DNA from: a virus
Lineage: Duplodnaviria; Caudoviricetes
DNA: 54,781 nucleotides
Virus record (IMG/VR): IMGVR_UViG_3300030098_001280
Coordinates: 1 to 54,781 of that record
Direction: 5' to 3' (one strand)
The notes beneath the pieces were generated by a model, which ran no database searches, was not told where the DNA came from, and worked only from the letters and a program-made list of their open reading frames with translations. Below are positions 18,751 to 28,320 of this stretch, in pieces. The stretch's first letter is position 1; every line of letters starts with the position of its first letter. A program made the translations under genes and the position numbers.

Positions 18751-18752
18751 GA

Positions 18753-20168
18753 TTAACCTCCATAATCCTGTATATTCTTAGAGCATACTGCATAAAATCC
18801 ACTTGGTACAGCATACTCAAAAGCTCCCATACCAGCTCCATCTGAATTTGCTGATGCTACTGCTGTTGTTCCAAAATAACCATCTCCGAAATTTGTATGT
18901 ATAAGTCTGTCTGTTGAGCTTGATTCTTGTCCAGCTACATAAAAAGCCATTAACTCTCTGTCTGTATTAGTTAATGTTTTACCACTATCGTTAGTGCCAC
19001 TTGCTGGATTGCCAACATCAGAAGTGCCAGGTGCATTAAACCATGTTCCATTACGACCTGTCCAAACTTTGCCGTTATCTGCATCGAAAGCAAACATAAT
19101 AATATCGTCATCACTTATGCCTGTGCCATAACTAGTTGTGCTGTTCCCTTGTTGTATTAATGATGATGAGTTACACAGAAAACTTATTGCAGCATTACCA
19201 CCACTTGATGTACTAGTTAGTGCCAAATCACCAGCAAGCTGTTCTATTCTTTTTGCTGACATTGAATCTGTAAGGAATACACCTAATGTCGATGAAGCAT
19301 CATTTTTTATAATCTTTGCCTCCCAATACCATTTACCTCCAGCAAAACACATATCTGTCATACAAGGTCTAGTTGTAGTTGAAGTACCTAAAAAACTTCT
19401 GCCACCATTAGGATGATATATTGGTGTGTCATAACTTCTACTTGTACCTCTAGGATTCATTCTTGGAAATTTATTGTGTGGTGTAGATGGCATTTGTTTT
19501 AAATCTCCACTAACAGTAAATGTATTACTATTGCCACTTGAATCTGTACCCATAGCTCCACTATTTTCAAACTTCAAAAAAGCACCATTTGTTCCATAAG
19601 TAACACTTGGGTTTGTTTTAGGTTTCCACACACCTGTTGTGCTATCAGTTTCTCCAAATGTATCTGGCCCATAACTTGTACCATCTACTATATGAAGATG
19701 TGCTATCTCTCCCTCAAAATAATTAGGAGATGAGCTTGGGTGTCTGATCCCTACTAATGTTGCAGTTCCACTTTTAAATAATCCTGTATCTGTGTTCTGA
19801 GTGGGTGTAGTGGAATGAGCCCAGTTAGTTACTTGATTGCCATTTACATATAATCTAATTCTATCTCCAGCAGTTGACTGTGTTGTATCCACTCTTAATA
19901 CAATATGATACCAAGCTGTAGTGTCTAAAAACTTAGGATTAGATTGATAGTTAGTTACAAGTGAGCTACTTGTCATATTTATAAATTTTAATTGTCCACC
20001 TGATTCCATAGACAAACTTGCATAATTAGCACCATCATCTTCTATATCGCTACTAAACATTGTCATGCTGCTATGGTCTGAATGACTAAATCTATACCAA
20101 CCTGATACTGTGTAAGTTCTTTGATTACCAGCTGATGATGTTGCTCTTGTCAAATATGAATTAGCCAT
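18753..20168 (-). CDS. tail/receptor-binding protein with LamG-like and SPRY-like domains
   Basis: AWYHIV..VDTT, YGTNG..LKF...G.DSSGN, GKWYWE, NFG...FEYAVPSGF. Confidence 0.75.
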   Translation of the reverse strand: MANSYLTRATSSAGNQRTYTVSGWYRFSHSDHSSMTMFSSDIEDDGANYASLSMESGGQLKFINMTSSSLVTNYQSNPKFLDTTAWYHIVLRVDTTQSTAGDRIRLYVNGNQVTNWAHSTTPTQNTDTGLFKSGTATLVGIRHPSSSPNYFEGEIAHLHIVDGTSYGPDTFGETDSTTGVWKPKTNPSVTYGTNGAFLKFENSGAMGTDSSGNSNTFTVSGDLKQMPSTPHNKFPRMNPRGTSRSYDTPIYHPNGGRSFLGTSTTTRPCMTDMCFAGGKWYWEAKIIKNDASSTLGVFLTDSMSAKRIEQLAGDLALTSTSSGGNAAISFLCNSSSLIQQGNSTTSYGTGISDDDIIMFAFDADNGKVWTGRNGTWFNAPGTSDVGNPASGTNDSGKTLTNTDRELMAFYVAGQESSSTDRLIHTNFGDGYFGTTAVASANSDGAGMGAFEYAVPSGFYAVCSKNIQDYGG

Positions 20169-21913
20169 TAGTTAAATCCCCCTGAGTTATTAATTCCTAC
20201 TGTAACTGTTATGCTAAATGCTCTGTCAGCAGTTTGCGACTCTGCATCTGTAGCTCGTAGGGTAAAGTTATATGTTGTCTCTGCTGTTGCCGCTGGAGCT
20301 GTGCCTGTGATTGCTCCAGTCGATGAGTTGAGAGTTAGATTCATTGTACTTGCTGGCGTGTTTGAGTTGCTTGTGAGTACGCTTGTGGTCTCACTAAACG
20401 CTACTGTTGAGTCTGATGAAGCATCTACGTCTAAAGATACTGACGCTCCAGCCGCTACACTTCCTAAACTTCCAGCACTTGTACTCCATGTAGGTGCATC
20501 TGATACTGTAAGCAATGCTGAGCTACTCAATACGCTTAAGCCATCTGGATTTTCTACTCTTAATTTATAAGTAGCATCTACTGATAGGGTAAAGTTAGCT
20601 ACGATCGTTGTAGCATTGGTAAATGATACTGAGTTAGCTGTGTACCAAATCCCTGTCGATGGGTTTAGCGCCTCTACTTGAGGCACGGTTACAAAGTTGG
20701 TTCCAGTTATGGTAATAGATGTAGCTGTATTAGATATTGTGCTAGGAGAAATTGAGCTGATCGTAGGTTTAGTCTCCCCAACGCTCACACTCCCACCAAG
20801 AGATACAGCACTACCGTTAATCGTTATAGATGAGTTAGCCAGAGAAGAGTTAGGCATACTTGCTGCCGTAATGTTTAAAGTCTCTGAGCTTCCATCATTG
20901 GTTTCCGTTAGTGTAATCCCTGTGCTACCTGTTGCTGTAAGCTTAGCTCCAAGCAATCCAGATGAAGCATCGTTTGCTGATATACTGACGTTAGTATCTG
21001 TATTTGCTACTACAGACCATGCACTACCAGAATAATATTTTAATTGATTAGCTGTTGTATTAAATACTAGGTCTCCAGCGTTTAGTGAGCTGGATGGATC
21101 AGATGAAGCTACTCTATACCTGTCTGCAAAATCATTAATACCAGAGACATTGCTTGCTACTGTTGTTACATTAGCAGAGATTCCAGCTACCGTGGTGACG
21201 TTTGATGATATTCCAGCTACCGTGTTAATGTTTGATGTGTTGTCTGCCACCGTTGTCACATTTGAGGAAATGCCAGCAACGGATGTAACGTTTGACGAGA
21301 TGCCGGCTACCGTGGTGACGTTTGAGGAAATACCAGCTACAGTTGTGACATTACTTGCAATTCCAGCTACAGTTGTGGTGTCTACAGCTGAGTATGTCGT
21401 TGCTACATTCCCATCGCTATCAAAAGTTAATACCTTAGATGCTCTGGTCGCCTTGGCTGGTAAAGTTACAGTGGCAGAAATTGAATCTGTGTCTAAAAGT
21501 TTAACCGATCTATCGCTTTGTTGGTCAATATCTGCAAGTTTAGCCCATATTTTATCTAAGTCTGTATTTAAAGCAGACATAGAGAATGAGCCAGATGATG
21601 CAAAATCAGAGCCTCTCTCTATAACTATATCTCTGATAATGGTAATGATAGCTCCAGCAGATATGCCAGTAGCTCCTATATTGACAGTACCTCCAGCACC
21701 AAACTCATATGCTTCATCACTATCTGATGCTGTGCCTGTAATTGAATACTCATTTACAGCGTCAGCATTAGCGTCATAGGTAAGTAATGTTGTGCCGTTA
21801 TAAACCTTAATATCTGTGACAGCAAAAAATTCAAACGGTATAGTAAAAGTTTGTTGGTTTGCTGTAGCTGTGTACGCTACTCTTGGCGTATTTTTACTGC
21901 TTACTATTGTCAT
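20168..21913 (-). CDS. tail fibre with T7 gp17-like N-terminus, 10-aa repeats and Ig-like domains
   Basis: YTATANQQTFTIPF; (TTVAGISSNV)n; IPT/TIG-like and LTLNSSTGAITGT domains. Confidence 0.8.
   Translation of the reverse strand: MTIVSSKNTPRVAYTATANQQTFTIPFEFFAVTDIKVYNGTTLLTYDANADAVNEYSITGTASDSDEAYEFGAGGTVNIGATGISAGAIITIIRDIVIERGSDFASSGSFSMSALNTDLDKIWAKLADIDQQSDRSVKLLDTDSISATVTLPAKATRASKVLTFDSDGNVATTYSAVDTTTVAGIASNVTTVAGISSNVTTVAGISSNVTSVAGISSNVTTVADNTSNINTVAGISSNVTTVAGISANVTTVASNVSGINDFADRYRVASSDPSSSLNAGDLVFNTTANQLKYYSGSAWSVVANTDTNVSISANDASSGLLGAKLTATGSTGITLTETNDGSSETLNITAASMPNSSLANSSITINGSAVSLGGSVSVGETKPTISSISPSTISNTATSITITGTNFVTVPQVEALNPSTGIWYTANSVSFTNATTIVANFTLSVDATYKLRVENPDGLSVLSSSALLTVSDAPTWSTSAGSLGSVAAGASVSLDVDASSDSTVAFSETTSVLTSNSNTPASTMNLTLNSSTGAITGTAPAATAETTYNFTLRATDAESQTADRAFSITVTVGINNSGGFN
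21146..21380 (-). repeat. ~30-nt / 10-aa tandem repeat (TTVAGISSNV) in tail fibre
   Basis: About 7-8 degenerate units visible in the protein. Confidence 0.85.
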
Positions 21914-24900
21914 CTAAATATTGCATCCGTTGTTGAGTTATATATTTTTTTAAATAATCCATCAGTCCAGGCAAGTGTTGCCCCTGGAATTAATCTTCTA
22001 GATAAGTTTTGACGTTGTTCATAAGTAACATCATCGCCAAACATATGATATAAAATATCTATTGGTATACTTGGACCAGCACCAACAAACTCTCCAAGAG
22101 CATCATGTGCTTTAGGTTGTCCAAATCGTGGTTCTATTCCGATCAAAGGTCTTAAACCCATTGGATAATTAAACAGTCCACCAGTTATTTGTTCTGTTAA
22201 AAAGTTCATATCTGTAATCATACCACCAATACCACTAAGTTCTACAGCCCTGATAATCTTCTCTTCTGTTGATTTGTGAGCGTGATAGCGAGGATTTTTT
22301 AAATAATCAGCTATATATCCTAATGAAACCATAGCTATAATTCCTGAAATATAATCAGCTTCTCTACCTGAAAGCCCTGACATTACTATCTTTCTGTTAG
22401 CTGCCATGCCCCATGAAAAGAATTGGAAAGGTCTGGCAAGCATAGCATTATGTATCTTACCTCCTCTCTCATCTGGTCTATATCCTATGAATTCTCCAAG
22501 TTCAGAACCCTCTAATTCTTTTCTTACTTCTGGATCTCTTATTCTCATACCACCGTGCATTAAAGATGGTGTGTCTGAAACATCTGGTGTGACTATGGAT
22601 CTATTGGTTTCTCCCCATACAGCATTTCTAAATCTTGTTCTTGCTGCTTCTGATCCTGGACCTGTCCATTCTCTAACATTAGCTGTATAAAGAATGTCAT
22701 CATCAACCGTACCTAAAATTGTCTTGGTTTCTAATGCTCTTTCTCCTACGCCAGGTATGTTTCCTAAATCTGCTCCTGTTTTTTCATATGGCATTTTGGC
22801 TATTAGTTTAGCAGTATCTTCATCAATCATATGATGTGCTAATGTTTTTATATCTTCCTTAGTTGCCTTGCCACCAGCTGTTTTGATCGACAATCTAATA
22901 AGAGTATCTGCCGCCACAAGCCCAGTAACTTCTTTATGAAAAGTAGTATGGAATGCTAAACCATTTAATAAATAATAACCACCAACCCAGTCATCAAATT
23001 TTTGTCCTACTTTATTAAATATTTTCTCAGCCAAATTAGATGTCGGACCACCCCACATAGTAGTACCAGTATCTTCTACGTATCTTCTTTTCATTTGACC
23101 TAATACAATGTCGGTAGCAATACCCATTTGTCTAAGATTTTTAACAGCTTTAAGTTGTTGATCTGTATATTTGAAATAACCACCAAATCCTTTGCTAAAT
23201 GTTTTGTTTAAACCTTGAGACATTATCATCTTGCCTATATCTGGAAGTGCAGCAAACGCTACTTTACCCATCATGGCTAATTGCGCCCAGTTTCCTAAGA
23301 AATTTGCCATTCTTTTATTAAGAGATGAGGCATTTTCTAAGTTATACATACCCATCATCTTATCTTTTATGTCTACAAAGGATGTAATGACATCATCTAC
23401 ATCTTGTTTAGTCATATTTCTACCCAGATCCTGAGCTAACATTTCTATTTCAAGAACATCTAGTGCATCATCCATATGATGACTACCAAAAGCATCCATA
23501 ATAGCTGCCGCTGGAGCTACTTTTTGTCTATAATTATTCATGGTTACTTTAGCGTCTAGCTGTAAGTAATCCATTATCTTTTTATTAGGGATATCTATCT
23601 TTCTTGACATTAATGTTGTGGTTCCAGATACATATTTACCAAAATTATCTATACCTAAGCCACCTACATTTAAACTCTCTCCATCTTCTGCTTGTCTAAT
23701 AATGGTTTCCATATCTTCGTTGATTTGTCTTTCAATTCTTGCTTTAAGCCCAGGCATTTGTGCTTGACCAGCAGCTTTAGCTTCTAAAATTTCTTCTCCA
23801 GGTTTTTTTTCAACTTCTTTAAATTTAATTTCTTTAGATTTTAATTCTTCAATTTTATCTGCATATTTTTTATCTTTTTTTGATATGAACTTTCTTTCTG
23901 GTTTTTTTCCTGGCAATTTTTCATACCATACAACACCAGCATAACCCTCCATGTCTGCTACTTTTTCTATTTGAGTCAATTCTCCAGTAGTTTTGTCTAT
24001 TCTAGTGTATGGTCTTAATAATTTTTGGTTTTCAGAATAATGTTGAAACAATATTTTTCTAAGTCCCTCTTCATCTTGCATAACTTTAGTTAAATTCCAT
24101 ACTCTAGGAAAGAAATCTTCAAAATCTTCTGGATTATGAAGTCCAGCTTTCTTTCTTTTTTCTTGGTCTTTAACATAACGTTCATGAGTTTCTTTTAATT
24201 GTTTTACTTGTTCGTCTAGTTTTTCTTTTTTAATTTTAAGCTCATTAATAGCTTCTTCTGGTATTTTATTAGTTGTTCTAGCATTATTTGATCTAATAAT
24301 ATTACCAATTTCAATAGAGCGATTTTGTTTACTTAGTAATACTTTTTCATAACCACCAGCAGATACATATGCTTTATGTTTTTTAAATATTTCATCAATA
24401 AACTTGTTGTAATTGATAATGGCATCAATTGGTTCGTGTAATTCTTTAGGTAACTTCGCTCTGAACTCTGGATCTATTACTCCTCTGCCTATTGCTTCAT
24501 TGACCTGATCTTCATTTACTACTCTAGCTTTTTGTTTATCTTTACCAGCTTTCTCTAATGCTGGATTAACAACTTTATTTCTAAATACATCTCTAGCTAC
24601 TAACGATGCCTTAGAAACATTAAATCCCATCCAATTCATAGGATCTTTATTTGACATATTTACTCTGACATAAGCATTATCAATAGCTTCTGTTAATTCT
24701 CTAAACTTAGCAGCAAATTCAGTATTAATTCTAACTAAAGCAGAGGGAGGAGCGACCAATCCATGCATAGCCATTCTCATAGGAACACCGTGTGTACCAG
24801 CAAGTCTAGTAATCATAGAACCAATGATTGGTGTTGTTTTCATATTTGGAAGTTTCTTTTGAAGATTAATTAACCAGCCATATTGTGATTGAAATTGTGA

Positions 24901-27900
24901 TATTTCAGTAGCCCACATCGGTATATCTTCTGAATAATCCTTAAACTTGTTTTCTCTTAGATCATCTAATGTCTTTTTATTTAAAGCGTTTTGGTATTCA
25001 ACAGTAGTTTTAAATATAGGATTTGGTCTGTGAAGTGCTAATTCATTTATCCTGTTTTCGTATTCTCCAACAGATTCATTCTTTTTTCTTTTATGAAGCG
25101 TGTGCATTTTTTCATGTTTTAATACAAAATCGTACCATTCATCTGGTGTTTTAAACTGTTCTTCTGGGTATGGCTTAACGCCTTTTGTTTTAGCTACTGT
25201 CCATGGTTTGTTTTTAAAATCATCTAATATTGCTTGTTTGTTGACGTTTATTTCTTGTTTATTTTTATCAAACCAAGCGTGTTTTACACCACCACCCTCT
25301 CTTTTTTTACTTTTAGTAACAATATTAATAGGTGTATCTATAACTAATTCGTCTTTACGGAACCTTGTGTGTCTTAAAATCTCTTTATGTGTCCTAAAGT
25401 TTAAATAATCTAACCAATTTCTAAACTCTCCAGCTGGCAATGGATTAACTCCTTTACCATCTGGCTTTAAATATTCTTTATTGTCATAAATAACCTTGAT
25501 AGATCCTGTATCTCTTTGCATAACACCTGTTCTAGGATTGTATTTAACAAATCTACTTCTAGTATTTGATGTTGTATTAGTTAATTTAGTTATTTGTTGT
25601 ACTTGTTCTTGTATAGCTTTAACAAATCTTTGGACACCAGTTAAATTATCAAAGTTATTCTGCATTGTTCTTTCTGGGCTATCAAATGCTCTTATTTCTT
25701 GTTCCATAATTTCTTCTTTAGTCCATTTTTTAACCACTTCTCCAACAGCCTGTGCTGTTCTTTCTCCAGGAATAAGACCATTTTCTTTTAATCTTTTTTG
25801 TAAATAAGCATATGTTTTAGGAGCTTTAGCTTTTAAATCTGCTCTTCCTGTGCCTAATCCATATGATGACATTACAATAGGTTTGTCTCTTGGAATTTTA
25901 GCGATAGCGGCATCAATAGCTGCTGCGTTTGAAGCAAAATTAAGGTCTGACATAAACTCATTAGGACTTACTTTAGTAGGAATACCATATGAATTTTTCC
26001 AATCTCTAATTACAGCTTGTCCAGATCGTGGACCTCTACCAACACCAGCTAAATTATCTCCAAATATATATGTTTTATTTGGGTCTGGTTTGTCTGGAAA
26101 ACGATCGACAAATTCTATAGGAACATCTTCTTTTGCTACACTTTTAGCTTTTGTTTGTTTTGTTAAATCAATTACTTCTAATGGTTTTTTAGCAGTTTTT
26201 GTTCTAGAAATTGTATTTGCAGTACCTGGCGTACTACCCATTGTGATTGCAATTACTTGTTCTGCCTCGTCTACTATTTCTTGGTTTCTTGCCATGTATG
26301 CATTACGAGTATTTGATGCTGGTGGTTTTGCTATATATTCTACGCCTGGTCTATTCTTAGCATAAACTTTAGCGGCTATATCTACGCCTTTGCCTGGAGA
26401 TTCTCCAGATACTATAGCTTTATGAGGTCCTCTTGCATCTAATTCTTTTGCTACTATTTCATTTACTTCTTCTTGTGTTTTTCCTTTAAAATACTTAAGC
26501 CTACTACCTACCACTGCTGTAACTTTATTAGGTTTTATAGGGCTTTCTTTTGATGTTATTTTATCTATTTCTCCTATAGCATCTCTTCTTTGTTCAAAGG
26601 TATAAAAATCATCCATGGTTTTATCTGTAATTGTTCCATGAGAGTATAGAGTATTTAATTCATCTGTCTTTTTTGCTTTAAGAGTAGCTATAAAATCTCT
26701 CATTTTTTGAATTTCTATACCTAAATCTTTTTCAAGTTTAATTGTATCAGGAGCATCAGGTACTAATTCTTCTTTAAACTTTGTAAGAGGTTCATTACTC
26801 ATTTGGTCAATTTGTTTTTCCATATATCTAGGAATAGGAATATCTTTATCTGTAAATGCTTCTGACCAGCTTTCCGCTTTTCTTAAAAAATTTGGATCGT
26901 CTAGTTTTTTATCTATTGCATCTAATTCGTGTAATTCTTTTCTGATAGCTTTACCTTGTTTTACATGGTCTCCCATAATGTGTTTAAATCTAGCTTCTTC
27001 AACTTTATTAAATCCTAGTTTTTTAAAATTAAAACCTTTAAAACTTGGTTGTACGTTGTTTTGCTCGTTAATAATATTTCTATATTCTTTTAATAATCCC
27101 TTATTTTTCAATGCTTTAGCTAACTCTAACTGCCCCTCTCTTGTTGAAAATATTTGACCCATTCTCATATGCTCATCCATTACTTCTGGAGCAGTTTTGA
27201 CAACGGATCTAGGTGTTCTTTGGCTTAAGTCTAAAAAGGTTTTTGTTTTTCTACCAATATCACTTTCTCTTAGCTTTTCATATACATCTTTAAAGACATT
27301 GTTTATTTCTATTAGATTATTATCTCTTTCTGTTGGCACATATTTATTTTTGTTAGTAGTAATAGGACCCTCTACTAAGTCCATGTGAGGTTCATAATCT
27401 TTTGGGCTATAAATTAAATGATTGTTAGTATGAGCATCTAATTCTCTATCTGCTGTGTGTAAACCAGACTCTGTATGATCTACTTTATTCATGTTTTCAA
27501 CCTGAATATCAGGCTCACTCATGTTTTTCATGTCAGGTTCGTTATTGTTTTTATTTACAGTGCCTCTAAATCCTCTCCCACCTAATGCAGCAGTTAATCC
27601 ACCACCTAATAAAAAAGCTCCTCCAATATAAAATGCAGACTCTTCTGCTGTTGATGTAGGATCTAATGGTCTTCTTAAAAATTCAGTAGCAGCAACCGAT
27701 CCACCTACTACAGCACCACCTTTTATAAATTTATGTGCTATTCCTAGCCCTTTTACGTAAGGTAATGCAATAAAGTTGATTGGATCGAACACACCAGCCA
27801 TTAAAGCCGGTCCAAATTGTCTATCAGTTGCTTCTAATCTTGCTCTAGAAGCTAAATGATTGTCAATTTTTGCTTTTAAATACTCAAAATGCTCTCTAGT

Positions 27901-28320
27901 TCTTACATTTTTCCATAAATGACGGTACTTTTCATAGCCTTGGTCCTCTAAATAAGGATTAAAATCCATTTCTGGGTCTTGTTGCCACCATTGTTTAGTG
28001 CCTTGAAACCATGTATTAGTAAATTCGTTGTCATCTAGTACTAATCCATGCCACCATAAACCTAATTCATCTGATACATCAGCCCAAAACCCATGGTCAT
28101 AATTAATATCAGATTTAACAGTTGACCTAATTGGTCTATAAGTACCAGTGTAAGAAGAAAGGCTATCCCAAATATCTTCTCCTGTTAATTCTTGTTCTTT
28201 TTGTAATGACTCGTATAATTGATTGTTTCTTTGAGTATGTAAACCTGTTTCTCCATGAGTATCATAGAGTTTCATTGGATCAATTTCTTCTCTAGTATAT
28301 TGTTCTTCTAAATCACTCAT
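21910..28320 (-). CDS. large internal virion (ejection) protein carrying SLOG-like, FGDN-type and HExxH domains
   Basis: Position of T7 gp16; C-terminal PFQFFSW...RRLIPG; cargo domains at ~25000-26530. Confidence 0.75.
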   Translation of the reverse strand: MSDLEEQYTREEIDPMKLYDTHGETGLHTQRNNQLYESLQKEQELTGEDIWDSLSSYTGTYRPIRSTVKSDINYDHGFWADVSDELGLWWHGLVLDDNEFTNTWFQGTKQWWQQDPEMDFNPYLEDQGYEKYRHLWKNVRTREHFEYLKAKIDNHLASRARLEATDRQFGPALMAGVFDPINFIALPYVKGLGIAHKFIKGGAVVGGSVAATEFLRRPLDPTSTAEESAFYIGGAFLLGGGLTAALGGRGFRGTVNKNNNEPDMKNMSEPDIQVENMNKVDHTESGLHTADRELDAHTNNHLIYSPKDYEPHMDLVEGPITTNKNKYVPTERDNNLIEINNVFKDVYEKLRESDIGRKTKTFLDLSQRTPRSVVKTAPEVMDEHMRMGQIFSTREGQLELAKALKNKGLLKEYRNIINEQNNVQPSFKGFNFKKLGFNKVEEARFKHIMGDHVKQGKAIRKELHELDAIDKKLDDPNFLRKAESWSEAFTDKDIPIPRYMEKQIDQMSNEPLTKFKEELVPDAPDTIKLEKDLGIEIQKMRDFIATLKAKKTDELNTLYSHGTITDKTMDDFYTFEQRRDAIGEIDKITSKESPIKPNKVTAVVGSRLKYFKGKTQEEVNEIVAKELDARGPHKAIVSGESPGKGVDIAAKVYAKNRPGVEYIAKPPASNTRNAYMARNQEIVDEAEQVIAITMGSTPGTANTISRTKTAKKPLEVIDLTKQTKAKSVAKEDVPIEFVDRFPDKPDPNKTYIFGDNLAGVGRGPRSGQAVIRDWKNSYGIPTKVSPNEFMSDLNFASNAAAIDAAIAKIPRDKPIVMSSYGLGTGRADLKAKAPKTYAYLQKRLKENGLIPGERTAQAVGEVVKKWTKEEIMEQEIRAFDSPERTMQNNFDNLTGVQRFVKAIQEQVQQITKLTNTTSNTRSRFVKYNPRTGVMQRDTGSIKVIYDNKEYLKPDGKGVNPLPAGEFRNWLDYLNFRTHKEILRHTRFRKDELVIDTPINIVTKSKKREGGGVKHAWFDKNKQEINVNKQAILDDFKNKPWTVAKTKGVKPYPEEQFKTPDEWYDFVLKHEKMHTLHKRKKNESVGEYENRINELALHRPNPIFKTTVEYQNALNKKTLDDLRENKFKDYSEDIPMWATEISQFQSQYGWLINLQKKLPNMKTTPIIGSMITRLAGTHGVPMRMAMHGLVAPPSALVRINTEFAAKFRELTEAIDNAYVRVNMSNKDPMNWMGFNVSKASLVARDVFRNKVVNPALEKAGKDKQKARVVNEDQVNEAIGRGVIDPEFRAKLPKELHEPIDAIINYNKFIDEIFKKHKAYVSAGGYEKVLLSKQNRSIEIGNIIRSNNARTTNKIPEEAINELKIKKEKLDEQVKQLKETHERYVKDQEKRKKAGLHNPEDFEDFFPRVWNLTKVMQDEEGLRKILFQHYSENQKLLRPYTRIDKTTGELTQIEKVADMEGYAGVVWYEKLPGKKPERKFISKKDKKYADKIEELKSKEIKFKEVEKKPGEEILEAKAAGQAQMPGLKARIERQINEDMETIIRQAEDGESLNVGGLGIDNFGKYVSGTTTLMSRKIDIPNKKIMDYLQLDAKVTMNNYRQKVAPAAAIMDAFGSHHMDDALDVLEIEMLAQDLGRNMTKQDVDDVITSFVDIKDKMMGMYNLENASSLNKRMANFLGNWAQLAMMGKVAFAALPDIGKMIMSQGLNKTFSKGFGGYFKYTDQQLKAVKNLRQMGIATDIVLGQMKRRYVEDTGTTMWGGPTSNLAEKIFNKVGQKFDDWVGGYYLLNGLAFHTTFHKEVTGLVAADTLIRLSIKTAGGKATKEDIKTLAHHMIDEDTAKLIAKMPYEKTGADLGNIPGVGERALETKTILGTVDDDILYTANVREWTGPGSEAARTRFRNAVWGETNRSIVTPDVSDTPSLMHGGMRIRDPEVRKELEGSELGEFIGYRPDERGGKIHNAMLARPFQFFSWGMAANRKIVMSGLSGREADYISGIIAMVSLGYIADYLKNPRYHAHKSTEEKIIRAVELSGIGGMITDMNFLTEQITGGLFNYPMGLRPLIGIEPRFGQPKAHDALGEFVGAGPSIPIDILYHMFGDDVTYEQRQNLSRRLIPGATLAWTDGLFKKIYNSTTDAIFR

